The notes under the pieces: generated by a model
What the model saw: the letters and a program-made list of their open reading frames with translations, nothing else
Databases searched by the model: none
What the model was told of the DNA's origin: nothing
Made by a program: the position numbers and the translations under genes
Shown: positions 49,301-64,000 of the stretch, piece by piece
How positions within the stretch are numbered: position 1 is the stretch's first letter
Layout: each line of letters starts with the position of its first letter
NCBI RefSeq assembly: GCF_009914755.1
Contig: NC_060946.1
Origin: the human T2T-CHM13v2.0 reference genome, Homo sapiens
Length of the DNA: 64,000 nucleotides
Direction: 5' to 3' (one strand)

Positions 49301-51239
49301 CAAGGGTACACTGGCTGATGAGGGAATTCTCTACCCAGCTAAGCAAGTAACTAGAAGGACCGGGCCCAGCCGCCTGCTGGAGCTGCCGGGGGTCCAGGGG
49401 CAGCCGCCCTGCCAGGCCTACTCTACGGCAACACGGAGCGTTTGCAGCAGCTTCTCCCAGGCCCTGTGGGCCGAGGGCTCAGGAGTCCAGGGCAGCGCAG
49501 GACGGGCACAGCTGGGGGCCCCTCATAGCCAGAAGGGCCCCTGGTGAGGCCAGGCAGAGGGCGGCTGCCTTTCCACAGTCCATTCGCCCACTCAGCCACA
49601 TTTGGGGGTCTCTGCCCACCGGGCTCCACCCTCCTCCCACTCCCCACCCCAGCTATGACATCTTCTCGTGCCAGCCTCACAGGGGCCTTAGACTGGACGG
49701 CAGCGTTTGGCTCGCAAATGAGGAACCGAGGCTGGAGGTTACCGGGACAGGGGCGGGGAGGCTGGTGGGGGCTGAGGAAGGGTGTTGGGAGGCTAAGGTG
49801 GTGCAGAGGAAGGGGGTGGAAAGGCTAGTGGGGGACTGAGGATGGGGGCGTGGAGTCTGGGAGGCTGAGGCCAGGGGCGGAGATCTGGAGGGCTGAGGAT
49901 GGGGGAAGGGAGCTGGGAGGCTGGCTGACTGAGGACGGGGGCGGGGAGGCTGGGGGGCTGAGGACAGCTTCCCGGCAGGCCTGGCTGCGTGGGCCCCTCC
50001 TCAGGCCCAGGGCCGGCCAGGTAAAACCAGCCTGACCGGGTGCTGCGTGTGAGCCTGCGTCTGTCTGCCTACTTGTCATGTGTGCTGTGGACCGCGGCCA
50101 GGAGGAGCTGCGTGCGTCACAGCAGTGCCCTGTGGCAGGAGGTTGGGCGGGGGCCACCTGCGCGAGGCCCACCTGCCCAGCCAGGGCGGGGAGCAGGTAC
50201 CAGCAGCCAAGATTTCAGGGCTGGGCCCCAGGGGAGGGCAGGGCCAAGGCCCAGGCAGAGCCCCTCCACCTGTCTTCACAGGCCAGGATGCAGAGACGGG
50301 TATCTGGGCATCGAGTGGAGACCGAGAGAGGCAGGGAGGTCACCAGGCCCCATCAGGAGGCCAAATTTGGCCTGGGGCCTGGCCCTGAGTGGGCTAAGAC
50401 TCAACTCCATACCTCCCACCCCTGGCTGTGCCCACCCACCTCAGCCCAAGGGTAGCTGACCAGTGCCCTCCAGAGCCCTGAAACCCTGGGGCAGGGCCAG
50501 TTGGAAGGGCCACCAACTCCCGCACACCTGTGGCTGGTTTCTGCCCAGATCTCACTGGAGGGATCCACGCCCAGGCAGGCTGCTGAGTCGCCTCTGCTGG
50601 GAGCTCAGGACCCAGGTGGGATTTCAGGACCGCAGGCCCTCCACTGAGGCCCGTGTGCCCCCACTCAGCCCAGCCCACCTCCCTCCCACCCACATCCTTC
50701 CAAGACTCAGCTCCTCCCAGTGCCCTAGGCCTGGCCAGTGGTAATGCTGAGGTGTGACCACAAGGCCCATTTCACAGCTAGGAAGGTGGGCTCAGGGTGG
50801 AGGCCCCACCGGGCCACAGACTCCATCGAGGTGCCTCTGATCTTGGGGCTAAGTCAGTGACCAGGAAAGAGAGGCCGCCCGACTGAGGTGTAAGGAGTGC
50901 CTGGGCCCCAGCAACTGTAGCCCTCACTCCTGCCACCGGCAGCCCGGCCTCAGCAGAGCTGACACAGAAGAGTGGGTTGCAGGCTGAGCTGGTCCTCCGG
51001 GGCCCAAACCAGGCCTGGCACCCACGACCCTGAAGAGTGGGACCCCAACCACCCCGACACCTAGTCGGGGCAGGGCAGCAGGGATGGGAGGGAGCTCTGG
51101 GCCACCGAAGGGGCCAGGGCGCTGGATGGGGAATTTCCTGGAGGTGGAGGAGCCCAGCAAGGGTAAAAGTGCAGAATTCTTTCCATTCTTTGCATTTCTC
51201 TGAGATGATTCTGCAGAGTGTGTTGCCTGGAAGACCCGT

Positions 51240-51360
51240 GGTGTCTGTGTGTGTGTGTGTGTGTGCACGCGTGTGGTGCGTGTGCATGTGTGAACATGTG
51301 TGTGGTGTGTGTGCACGTGTGTGGTGTGTACTTGTGTGTGGTTGTGTGTGTGTGTGCACG
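51240..51360. repeat. (TG)n microsatellite
   Basis: Visible. Confidence 0.85.
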
Positions 51361-54300
51361 CAGCCTGCCCCTGGTGCCTCATCCCCCCCTTCCCCCTGGG
51401 AGCGGCCCCGCTGTGCTGGCAGTTCGGCCCCCACAGGTCTGCACTGGTGAACCCTCATGGTCCCTCAGGGAGCCCGGGAGAGGTGAGGAGGACCTGGATA
51501 GGGCCCAGGCCCAGATGCCTGCAGGGGAGAAAGCTCCACACAAGGGGTTTGTGAGGCCTTGCCCCAGCCCCAACGAGATTCAGGTGCCCAGCTGTGGGAT
51601 ATGGGGACAGGCAGGTGACGGCCCGGCTCTCAGGCTCCCCATCTGGACGATGGATGGACACGCGTAAGCAAGACCCTGAGGCCCTGTCCCTCAGCTTCCC
51701 CAGGCAGGGCCGAAGTGCCCTCCTCCTGAGGGCTGGGAGGCCACAGCGCCCAGTGGGAGGAGGGGGCTGGGCACAGTGGGGCTGGCTCCAGAGCAGAGGG
51801 AAGGAGCCGCGGGAGCTACACCCCCTGGCGAGGGGTGGTGTGAAGGTGCCTTTGGAGGCACCTGCCTGGCACGTATGGCTGGCTGCATGCACACACCCCC
51901 ACGCTCACCTGGGACAGGTGTGCACACAAGCACTTGCTCCCTGAGCCCCGACCTAGACTGACCCTCTGCCGGGACTGCCCGGATGCCCTCCAGGCCAGAC
52001 TGAGTCCTTCTCAGCTCCTCGGCCCTGGGTCACCTACAGCACTGCCATCGGCTTGGGGTGCAGCCAAGAGCGGACAGGGTGTTCAGGGATGAGCTGGGCA
52101 GGCGCTGGGGCCTCCCCATGTCAGAGGCCGCTTGGCTTCTGGGTACCTGCCCTCCTCTTCCCCTTCCTCTCCCCCACCCCCAAATGTCACTTCCCAGGAA
52201 TAGGGAAGTGGACCTGAGGCCGGAAAACAACTTGGCCACTTCTTCCGAACATCACACTCCACCCAGGCTACTTCACGGCCCCACGTCTCGGGGGCTGGGG
52301 GGGACCCTGGACAGAGGTGGGGACAGGGCAGGGCCCCTGCCTGCCAGGCCTCAGCAGGTCCCTCTGGACTCTCCCAGCCTAGACCCAGGGGCAGCCCTGG
52401 GATCCGCCTCCTTCAGCCACTCTGGCACTCCTGTTCCCCCAACATGGTCAAGCAGGAAGGGCCTGGGAGGGCACAGCTCATGGGGGTTCCAGGAAGCAGC
52501 AGCGGGGCCGGGAAGGGCTGGCAGGCCGGGTCGCCACTCAGGGTGGCCAGACCCCCCTACCCACCGCAGGCCCTGGATGTTGACACAGACACACCCACAG
52601 GTGCCCCTTCCTGGGTTCGAGAGCCCCGTCCTCTGCTCCTGCTGCATCCTGGGGTCAAAATGCCCCCGGGGCCTCTTGGTAGCCACCCAGGCTGGCCCTG
52701 GGGACACTCCTAGGAACAGACCCAGGTCCTTCCGGAAAAGGCCGCAGGAGGAGAGTGTGGAAGGTCCCCGCAGAGCCACACAGGCACAGCCTGGAGGACA
52801 TCACTTCCTGGGGCTCATCCAGCTGACTCGTCCCCAGCCCTGGTCCAGTGTCATGTCCAGGCGGTGGCTGCCAGGATCCAGCCCCTAAACACAGCCTGGG
52901 GGCCACTTCCAGCCGCCTGGAAAGGAAGAGACAGGCTTGGACTGGTGCCGTCCTTGCTCTTTCTCCGTGAGCAGAACTTTGGGCCACATAGGTCCTTTCT
53001 CGGAACCAATGACTGCCCCCACCAAACCCAGGTGTGGGGGACTCTCTCCCCTCCCCCAGGCCCATTTCTGGGCCATCTGAAGAGGACATCCCAAGGGCCT
53101 GGAGTGCCCACTTGCCAGCTCCAAGCTGTGTGGATTCTGCTCGGGTCTGGCAAGGAGGGGCCAGACAGAGCCCGGCCTGACGCTGTCACCTGTCCTGCCC
53201 TGAGCTGTCTGTGGGCAGAGCTCAAGCTCTGGCAGCAACACTCCAGTCTGAGTGCCCAGCTGGGCCAGCTGCCATTCACAGGCCTGACCTTCCCCCAAGT
53301 CCCCATGGCTGGGAAGGCGGCTGCCCCCTCTGACAGGAGTGGGGATCCAGGAGCCCCGGAGGTGCGTGCATCTCTGGGGTGGTGACGGCGTTCTGAGCCC
53401 ATGCTCTGCAGGAATGTTTGCTGTGATCAGGCCCCCTGGGGGGTCTGAGCCCCTGGGACTCCATCTGCAGGTCCGGCTCCTCATGGCTGGACACTGGCTG
53501 GAGCAGTCCTTGGACCATCCTTGGAAGCTTCAGAAACTCTTCCAGGAAAGCGTTACTCCTGCTGCAGGCCCTGGGCTTCCGGCTTCTCAAAGCCCCCCTG
53601 GGTGGCTCCAAACTGTACAAGCCTGACTGGGGACCCCCGGCCTGGCTCTGGGTGGGAGAGAGCACCCCACTCTCACCTCTGCACATTCTGTGATCCCCCA
53701 ACGCCCTCCTGACCTCCTCCGGGGAGCCCCTGGGTGAGACCCACGGGGGAGCTGGGCTCGGCGCGTGTGTGAGCCTGCAGCAGCCACACAGACACCCTGG
53801 AGGAGGGCCAGATCTGGCTTCTGGCTCCTGGGGAACCCCCACCACCACCTCTCCTGAGTCTCCTCCTCATCAGAATGCTGGGGACCAGAGCCAAATGGCT
53901 GGGGCCTATCCTGTCTGGGCACCAGGCAGAGGCCACCCAACTCCCTGAGTCCTCCAAGGTCTCCAGCCTGGGCCCAGAAGCTAAGCCCTCGCAGTGGGGT
54001 CAGATGTGAGCTGTTGAGGGCAACTCTGCCTCCCCAGCCCCGCGTGGACCAGGCCAGGACAGGAAGAATGAGGTGGGGCCCCCATGACCAGCTGCGGCTC
54101 TTGGCCTGCAGGATTTCAGCAGGGAGAAGGCAGAACTGCCATGTGGCACGCTGAGCACTGCCCAGCCGCCTCATCCCAGGAGCCCTCCTCCCGGGGTCTG
54201 TGCCCAAAACCACAGGCTCTTCTACCGGGCGCCCACTGGGTGCTGTGGGACGTGCTGCTTGGTACAATGTCGTCAGATTCTCCGCACAGCCTCCACAGAA

Positions 54301-57300
54301 ATCGCAGTGCCTCTCCAGAGACTGAGCCTGATAGAGTCTGGGGATGTGTCTGTGACTCTGGGCTGGGTCAGCGGAAGAGCAGGGACCCAGGCCGAGGTGC
54401 CAGGACGGCCCCAAAGGGCCACCAGGGAAGGCACTGCAGGGCCAAAGGCCAAGAGCTATGAAGTGGGCAGGGCTGTGGTCCAGGCCCAAGGCCAGGGTGG
54501 CCTGTCCCTGGTCAACAGGTCAGAGGTCCCAGGTGAGGGGGCCCTGCACGCCTGCCCTGGCCCCCGGCCCAGGCCTGGGACACACAGGCCACGCAGCTCC
54601 GGCTCAGGCTGAGTCGTGGTCTGGGTGGTGGCAAGGCCACAGCTCTCCAGGTTGGCAGATCCAGTGAGGCTGCTGCGCTGAAGCCACAGTTCCCACCATC
54701 ACTGCAGCCCCCGGGCGACCAACAGAGGCAGCCCCCCTCCAGCTGGGTCTCAGCGTCTGCTCCACTGAGGACAGGGTTCAGGACGGGACACTCCCACAGC
54801 ATCTTCTATGTTTGTGCAGGACTCTTTCTGCAGAGTCCAAGTGACGGATGCCAGGCGGCCATGCTCACTGGGGCCCAGGCCCCGGGTGGCTTATGGAATA
54901 TAAATGGTCTGTGCTGGTAGCAGGTGGGGGTAACCTGGTGGGAACAGCTGCCTCTCTAACACAGGCCAGGCCTCAGCTGAGGGGTAAAACTGGTGTCCTC
55001 CAGGCAGGGACAGAGGCTGGAAGAGGCAGCCAAAGCGGCTGGGCCTGAGTTCATGCAGGTCGCCCACACCCCCAGCTCCCACTGACTAGGCGCCCCACTC
55101 CACCCCAGGCCCAACCCTGGGATGCCTTTGGTGAAACGTTGCAAAATCCTGGCACAGCTCTGCTGGCTCCTATCTGCAGCGGGTGAGAGGCTGCGACGAC
55201 CGAGAGTGGAGGCCAGAGGGGAAAGGGCCTCTCCCCACAACAGGCATCGCCTGCCCCCGCCACTGCCCTGGGAGCACCCAGTCTTGGCCGCTGCAGCCTG
55301 TGTGGGCTGGAAGACGAGGTGCAGCAGGTGCCCCTCCCAAGCTGGGAACAGCTGGGGGAGTCCGGTCTGCGGGGAGATGACGCAGAGCTCCAGCCCAGGG
55401 CCTGGGGCGGCCGTACTGGGACATTGATTCCGGGTGGCAGCAGGTGCTGGTGGGGGCCAGGCCCATGGGCTGGGGAGGAGGGCCTGTACCCTGGTGGCCC
55501 AGGGGAGCCACAAAGGGTCCAAGGCAGGACTGTGAGGGGCTCACAGTGGGAAAAAGACCATGGTGGCCAAGGGGGCTCACACTGGGGCCTGGGATGAGGG
55601 TGGGAGCGGGCAGGTGGATCGGCAGGAGGGAGGTTTGGGAATGGGATAGGCCTCGGTAAGGGCTTGGGGGCAGGTGAGGGGACGCCCCCTCCTCAGGCAT
55701 GGCCTGGGTTGGAAGGGCATCACATACAGGCAGGACAAGGCCGGGCGACCCTGTGGGATAGGCACGGGGCAACTGGAAACAGGCTGATTAAGGAGGCCTT
55801 GGTCATTGGCTTGGAGACTGGGGGTGGACAGGATCCCCAGGGAAGGAGGGAAGAGGGGCGGGATGGGCCGGCGGGAGGCAGGACAGTGGGGACACAGCCT
55901 GGGGAGCAGGAATGGGGGTGCCCGTGGAGCATGAACCCTGTTAACACTCCCCTCTGCAATGCCCCAGCTTTGAGGAGGTGTCTGTAAGTGTGATTCTATG
56001 TGTGAGTGTTTGTGAATTGGTGCGTGTGAGCAGTGTTAGCATGCATGTGTGTGTGGGAGACTGTAAGTGGCCCCAGCCACCTTCCATTCCACCTCCTCAT
56101 CCTCCCGAATCCAGGCAGGCCAGCCTGGCTTGGGTCACCATGGCAAGAGCGTGACCCTCCTTCCAGCAGGCCAGGGTACCTGGGGGGACTCGCCGTGTCC
56201 ACTGCGGAGCAGGGGCGGCTGTTTCCAGGTCAAGCAGTCGGGATGGGATGGCTCAGGGGCTGGGCTGGGGACTGGGGTGTGCAGACCCTCTGACAAGCTC
56301 TGCTCCACTCCCCTGTCCCTGCCCTGGGAAACACCTGCTCCAAGGACAGGCAGAGGCCCTGGCCCTGGAGCAAGGCTGCCCCTCTCAGCAGGATAGCCCA
56401 AGGGAAGGAGGCACCCATGCCATGCTGGCCTGAGCTTCAGGTGGGGTGGGGGGTGGGAGGACACAGGAAGGGGCTGGGCTGGGCCCTCTGCAGTCAGTAC
56501 CCAGGTGGAGCGGCTCCCGCACCAAGACCCCGCCACGCCCACCTCCTGGCTCACCTCCTATCTGCAGGAGCGGCCCCAGCTCTGGCCCATGGGCTGGGCC
56601 TGCCCATGGGGCCCACTGGATGGGCCATCCACGAACCAGGAAAAAACAGGCAGGGCTGGTGTCCTGCACTGCTGGGGACTTGGCCGGGGGGTGGGGTGTT
56701 GATGGGACCTGTGGGAAAGGGGTGGCCCAGGGCAGAGGGTGAGAGGCCCTGAGGCCTCTCAGATTTTTCTTGCCCTGTATGCAGAGCGCAGATGCTCCAC
56801 AACTGGGATGACCCATATCTGTTTGCCAAGCTGAGGAACAGGCTGGGCTGTGCCCAATGGCAGGGGAGGGGCACGACAAGGTGAGCAGGGTTATCTGGCG
56901 TTACTGGGGACCCCAGCACTCCAACTAGATCAGATGTGGTGGCCTGGGCCAGACACAGTCTAAAAGAGGCCTCAATGTCAAACAGTCCCAGGGGAGAGGG
57001 AAGGGCTGGGGACCATGCTGACCCCGCACGGAGCTCACCGTCAGTGCAAGGGTCCTCGCTGCACACACAAGCACGTACAACAGTAAATCGACAACATACA
57101 CCAGTGTCTGGACAGACGTGGTTACAAAGATGTCACACTTTAGGGAAAGGGCTGCCTCTGGCCCTGCCCTGCCCTCCACTCCAGGGCCAGGCTGCTGGAC
57201 CCCCACGCAGGAGCCCTCCGGAGGCTTTCACCGAGGCCTGTGTGGCAGGAATCCCATCTGGAGGCCTGGAGGAATCTCCAGCACACCTGGAGTGAGCGGG

Positions 57301-58699
57301 AGGAGGGCCGTGGAGGACAGGCACACCGTGCTTTCTGAAGGAGCAAGTCCTCCTGGATCTTAGTTAAGGGACACTTGAGGGTTTCAGAGCAAGACCCGGG
57401 GCCTAGGGAGAGCCAGGGTGGGGTGCCTGCCCGCCAGAGCCTGGTCTTCTACGGCCAGGATGACTCAGGGAAGACTGGCCTGGAGCCTGACATGTCAGAC
57501 TCAAGGAAGACTAGCCTGACATGTCAGGCTGAGGACCCTCGCCCCTCCAGACTGACATGAACTCAACTGTAGTGGTCACCCCCTAGACCTACCGTGCTCT
57601 CCAGCATCTCTGCCCACCTCTGCTGCGTGTCCAGCACAGAAGAGGGCAGCCCCACTGGACCCTCAGGTAGGTCCCCGGGAGGACCCACATGGGCAGCAGC
57701 CCCTCCTCCTTCGCAGGTGCTGTGTGGATACTGCTGGAGGGGAAGGCTTGGGGTGTCATCCTACCAGGGATCTGATCTCGGGGGAGCCCTGTGCTGGGTG
57801 CGTGGTGGGTGGGGGAAGGCTAACCCACCAGCCCCAACCCTGCCCTCGTACTGCGGGAGAGAACTGGACAGAGCTCTGGGAAGCAGCGGCTGGAGGGGGA
57901 GGGGCCTGGGGACAAACAATGTCGCGTTGGCTTTGATCCTCAGGACCCAAGGGACAGGAAGAGATGAGCTAGGCAAGAGAGGAGCCCCCAGGAGCACAGG
58001 CATGGGCCCAGGCAGCGGGCGACGAAGCGAGCCCCAGAGGGCGCCCAGATGGCAGGTGGGCCTGGGCCAGTCCCGAGAGCCACAGCCTCAGAAGAGCTGA
58101 ACAGGGGAGTGGTGTGTGAGTGGTCAGCGCAGGGACAGCGATGGTGACTGTATAGAGATGAGAGGTCAGACTTAGGGGAGGCTGGAAGCTCCGAGGCAAG
58201 TGTGTGTGCGCGCTGACGGTCACACCAGACCGCCCGGGGATGTCTGCCACAATATTTAGACCCCTGAGGGCCACTGAGAACGCCTGGCAGTGCCAAGAGG
58301 ACCAGCCCCTGGGCCCTCTGGCCCCCAACTCTCAACCCACTAGCCCTGGGGCTGGCGGGTGGCCACTCACGTCCTGGAACCCTGAGCTGCTCTCAGGCCG
58401 GTGACTTTGGACCAATGTTGGCAATCTGTGGGTTTGCACCAAACCACACAGGTGAGTCAGACTTCTGTACAGAGAGCAGGGAAGGGGCACGACAGGGTGA
58501 AGTCCAGACCAGGGCAATGTGTACCCCGGCTGTTCAGCCTTTGAGTGCGGCTGTCGCAGCAATCAAGGTGGGCTCCCTGGTGGAGGTGGACAGCAGCTGC
58601 TGGAGAGCCCGGAGGGCAGCCAGGACCGTGTCAGACGGCAGGAGTCGGGCGGGGCCACTCCAGGCACCGGCCAGCAGGGCAGAGGTACCAGGGAGGGCC

Positions 58700-61788
<3,089 letters not shown>

Positions 61789-62175
61789 GGAGCTGCACCT
61801 GACTGGGAGCTAGGGGACCACCTGCCTTGGCCAGACCTGGGACGCCCCCAGACCCTGACTTTTTCCTGCGTGGGTCGTCTCCTCCTGCGGAAGCAGTGAC
61901 CTCTGACCCCTGGTGACCTTCGCTTTGAGTGCCTTTTGAACGCTGGTCCCGCGGGACTTGGTTTTCTCAAGCTCTGTCTGTCCAAAGACGCTCCGGTCGA
62001 GGTCCCGCCTGCCCTGGGTGGATACTTGAACCCCAGACGCCCCTCTGTGCTGCTGTGTCCGGAGGCGGCCTTCCCATCTGCCTGCCCACCCGGAGCTCTT
62101 TCCGCCGGCGCAGGGTCCCAAGCCCACCTCCCGCCCTCAGTCCTGCGGTGTGCGTCTGGGCACGTCCTGCACACA

Positions 62176-62603
62176 CAATGCAAGTCCTGGCCTCCGCGCC
62201 CGCCCGCCCACGCGAGCCGTACCCGCCGCCAACTCTGTTATTTATGGTGTGACCCCCTGGAGGTGCCCTCGGCCCACCGGGGCTATTTATTGTTTAATTT
62301 ATTTGTTGAGGTTATTTCCTCTGAGCAGTCTGCCTCTCCCAAGCCCCAGGGGACAGTGGGGAGGCAGGGGAGGGGGTGGCTGTGGTCCAGGGACCCCAGG
62401 CCCTGATTCCTGTGCCTGGCGTCTGTCCTGGCCCCGCCTGTCAGAAGATGAACATGTATAGTGGCTAACTTAAGGGGAGTGGGTGACCCTGACACTTCCA
62501 GGCACTGTGCCCAGGGTTTGGGTTTTAAATTATTGACTTTGTACAGTCTGCTTGTGGGCTCTGAAAGCTGGGGTGGGGCCAGAGCCTGAGCGTTTAATTT
62601 ATT
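62176..62603 (+). promoter_or_regulatory. PIM3 3'UTR destabilising elements: AREs and a miR-33 8mer site
   Basis: ATTTA at 62240, 62285, 62297 and 62597; CAATGCAA at 62176-62183 is complementary to the miR-33 seed. Confidence 0.7.
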
Positions 62604-62712
62604 CAGTACCTGTGTTTGTGTGAATGCGGTGTGTGCAGGCATCGCAGATGGGGGTTCTTTCAGTTCAAAAGTGAGATGTCTGGAGATCATATTTTTTTAT
62701 ACAGGTATTTCA

Positions 62713-62718
62713 ATTAAA
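62713..62718 (+). terminator. PIM3 polyadenylation signal ATTAAA
   Basis: ATTAAA in the U-rich end of the 3'UTR, followed by TGTACATA. Confidence 0.75.
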
Positions 62719-64000
62719 ATGTTTTTGTACATAGTGGATAATCCTGTATTTATGGGGCTGGGCATCCTGGGGGAAGAGAGGGGCTCTGAGGAAGGGCTTT
62801 GGCTGCTGGGTGACCTGACAAGTTTCCCGTGGGGCTGGTAGTTTTGCCCACGGGGGAAACGGGGGAGGCCCAGCTGGGTGCCAGCCTCCCCAGTGCCACA
62901 GGCTACTTCATGTGGCTTGTGGCCCACCGCACTACCCCGTGCTGCACCCAGGGAGAAGAGCAGCTGCCTCCTGGGGTGCCTCTGGGAGGTGGAGGCAGGG
63001 AGCCAGGCCCTGAGGATGCAGCAACCCACACTAGTCAGGAGGTCATTCCTCGGTGGTCCCAGGAGGATCTCTGCAGCCCCCACCCAGGGAGGCCTTGCCA
63101 GTGGAAATGGCCATACTTGCATCCTGGCTTGGTGGAAACAGAGACGTGCGGGGGGTGGGGGAGGGAGTCCATGCTGCCTCAGAGGGTGGCTGGGGGTTTT
63201 GAAGGACAAGGAGGAGTTTGCCAGGCACATGGGGTGGGAGTGTGTTCCGGGCAGTGCCAAGGACGTGCAGAGGACATGAGGGTGGGGTTTGGTGGAGGGT
63301 ATCGGGGTGTTCAGTCAGTTATAGTTAGACCCTGGCCTGGCGGGTGTGTGGTGAGAGAGTGGGGTATGAACCAGGTTCGGGTGTGTCAATGGGCCTGGCC
63401 ACAATGTTCCTGGTGGGTAGAGGAGGCCTGGGTGGAGGGTCCCAGTGAGACTGCTCCCCCACCCCCACCCCAGGGGCCTTCTGCTCAACTGCCCACCCTG
63501 TGCTGGGCTGTGGGGTGCCCCATGTTGGCAGTGGACCTGCACCTGGGGCATCACCCAGTCTGCCAAGCGCACCTACTCGGCTCTCTGGCTCCTGGAGCCC
63601 TGTCTGCCCCCTGCCTCCCATCTGCCCCTCCGAATAAGAGTCCCTGATAAACAGCCCGGGGCAGGCAGCACCATACTGGACAGAAGACTGTCCCAGGCCC
63701 GAGGCCAGAGGCTGTGGCAGAGGCGGGAAGTTTGGGAAAGAGAAACAGGAGGAGACGAAAGTCACCCTTCCCCTGGAGAGCAGGCAGAGAGGGCTCGGGT
63801 GGGGGGCTCCCGCCTCAGGTTGTGACTGTTCAGGACATCAGTGGGTGTTTGTGGCCTCTGCTGTGGAGATCCAGGAGCACCTGGAGGGCAGCTGCTCAGT
63901 TAGGCAGGTCTCTCGGGGCCCTCATCTCACCCTACAGCCTCAGGCCAGCAGGGGAGATGAGGAGGTGCCGGGAAGGACAAGCCACCGGTTCCCATAGACC

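Overview
Human (or close primate) genomic DNA, GC-rich, matching chr22q13.33. It holds three complete protein-coding genes. ALG12 (minus strand; 10 exons, 488 aa; ER alpha-1,6-mannosyltransferase) and CRELD2 (plus; 10 exons, 353 aa; ends in REDL) sit head-to-head on a short CpG-island promoter carrying a perfect ERSE. PIM3 (plus; 6 exons, 326 aa; Ser/Thr kinase) carries the mirtron MIR6821 as its last intron. All exon boundaries were read from the sequence (GT-AG) and sum to full-length frames. The rest is Alus, MaLR/ERV1/ERVL remnants, DNA-transposon fossils and many VNTRs, which explain most long ORFs in the ORF track. I found no new gene or multi-gene system. The best leads, all untested: (1) an overlapping uORF in ALG12 whose AUG becomes in-frame if an internal 5'UTR donor is used; (2) a candidate 12/16-nt microexon in PIM3 intron 4; (3) a second mirtron-like PIM3 intron; (4) an ALG12-intron Alu plus unique flank copied, inverted, 32 kb away into an LTR; (5) a paired-MEF2/GATA/E-box enhancer candidate; (6) a 165-bp non-TE inverted repeat; (7) a CRELD2 cassette exon apparently born from a 38-bp tandem duplication.
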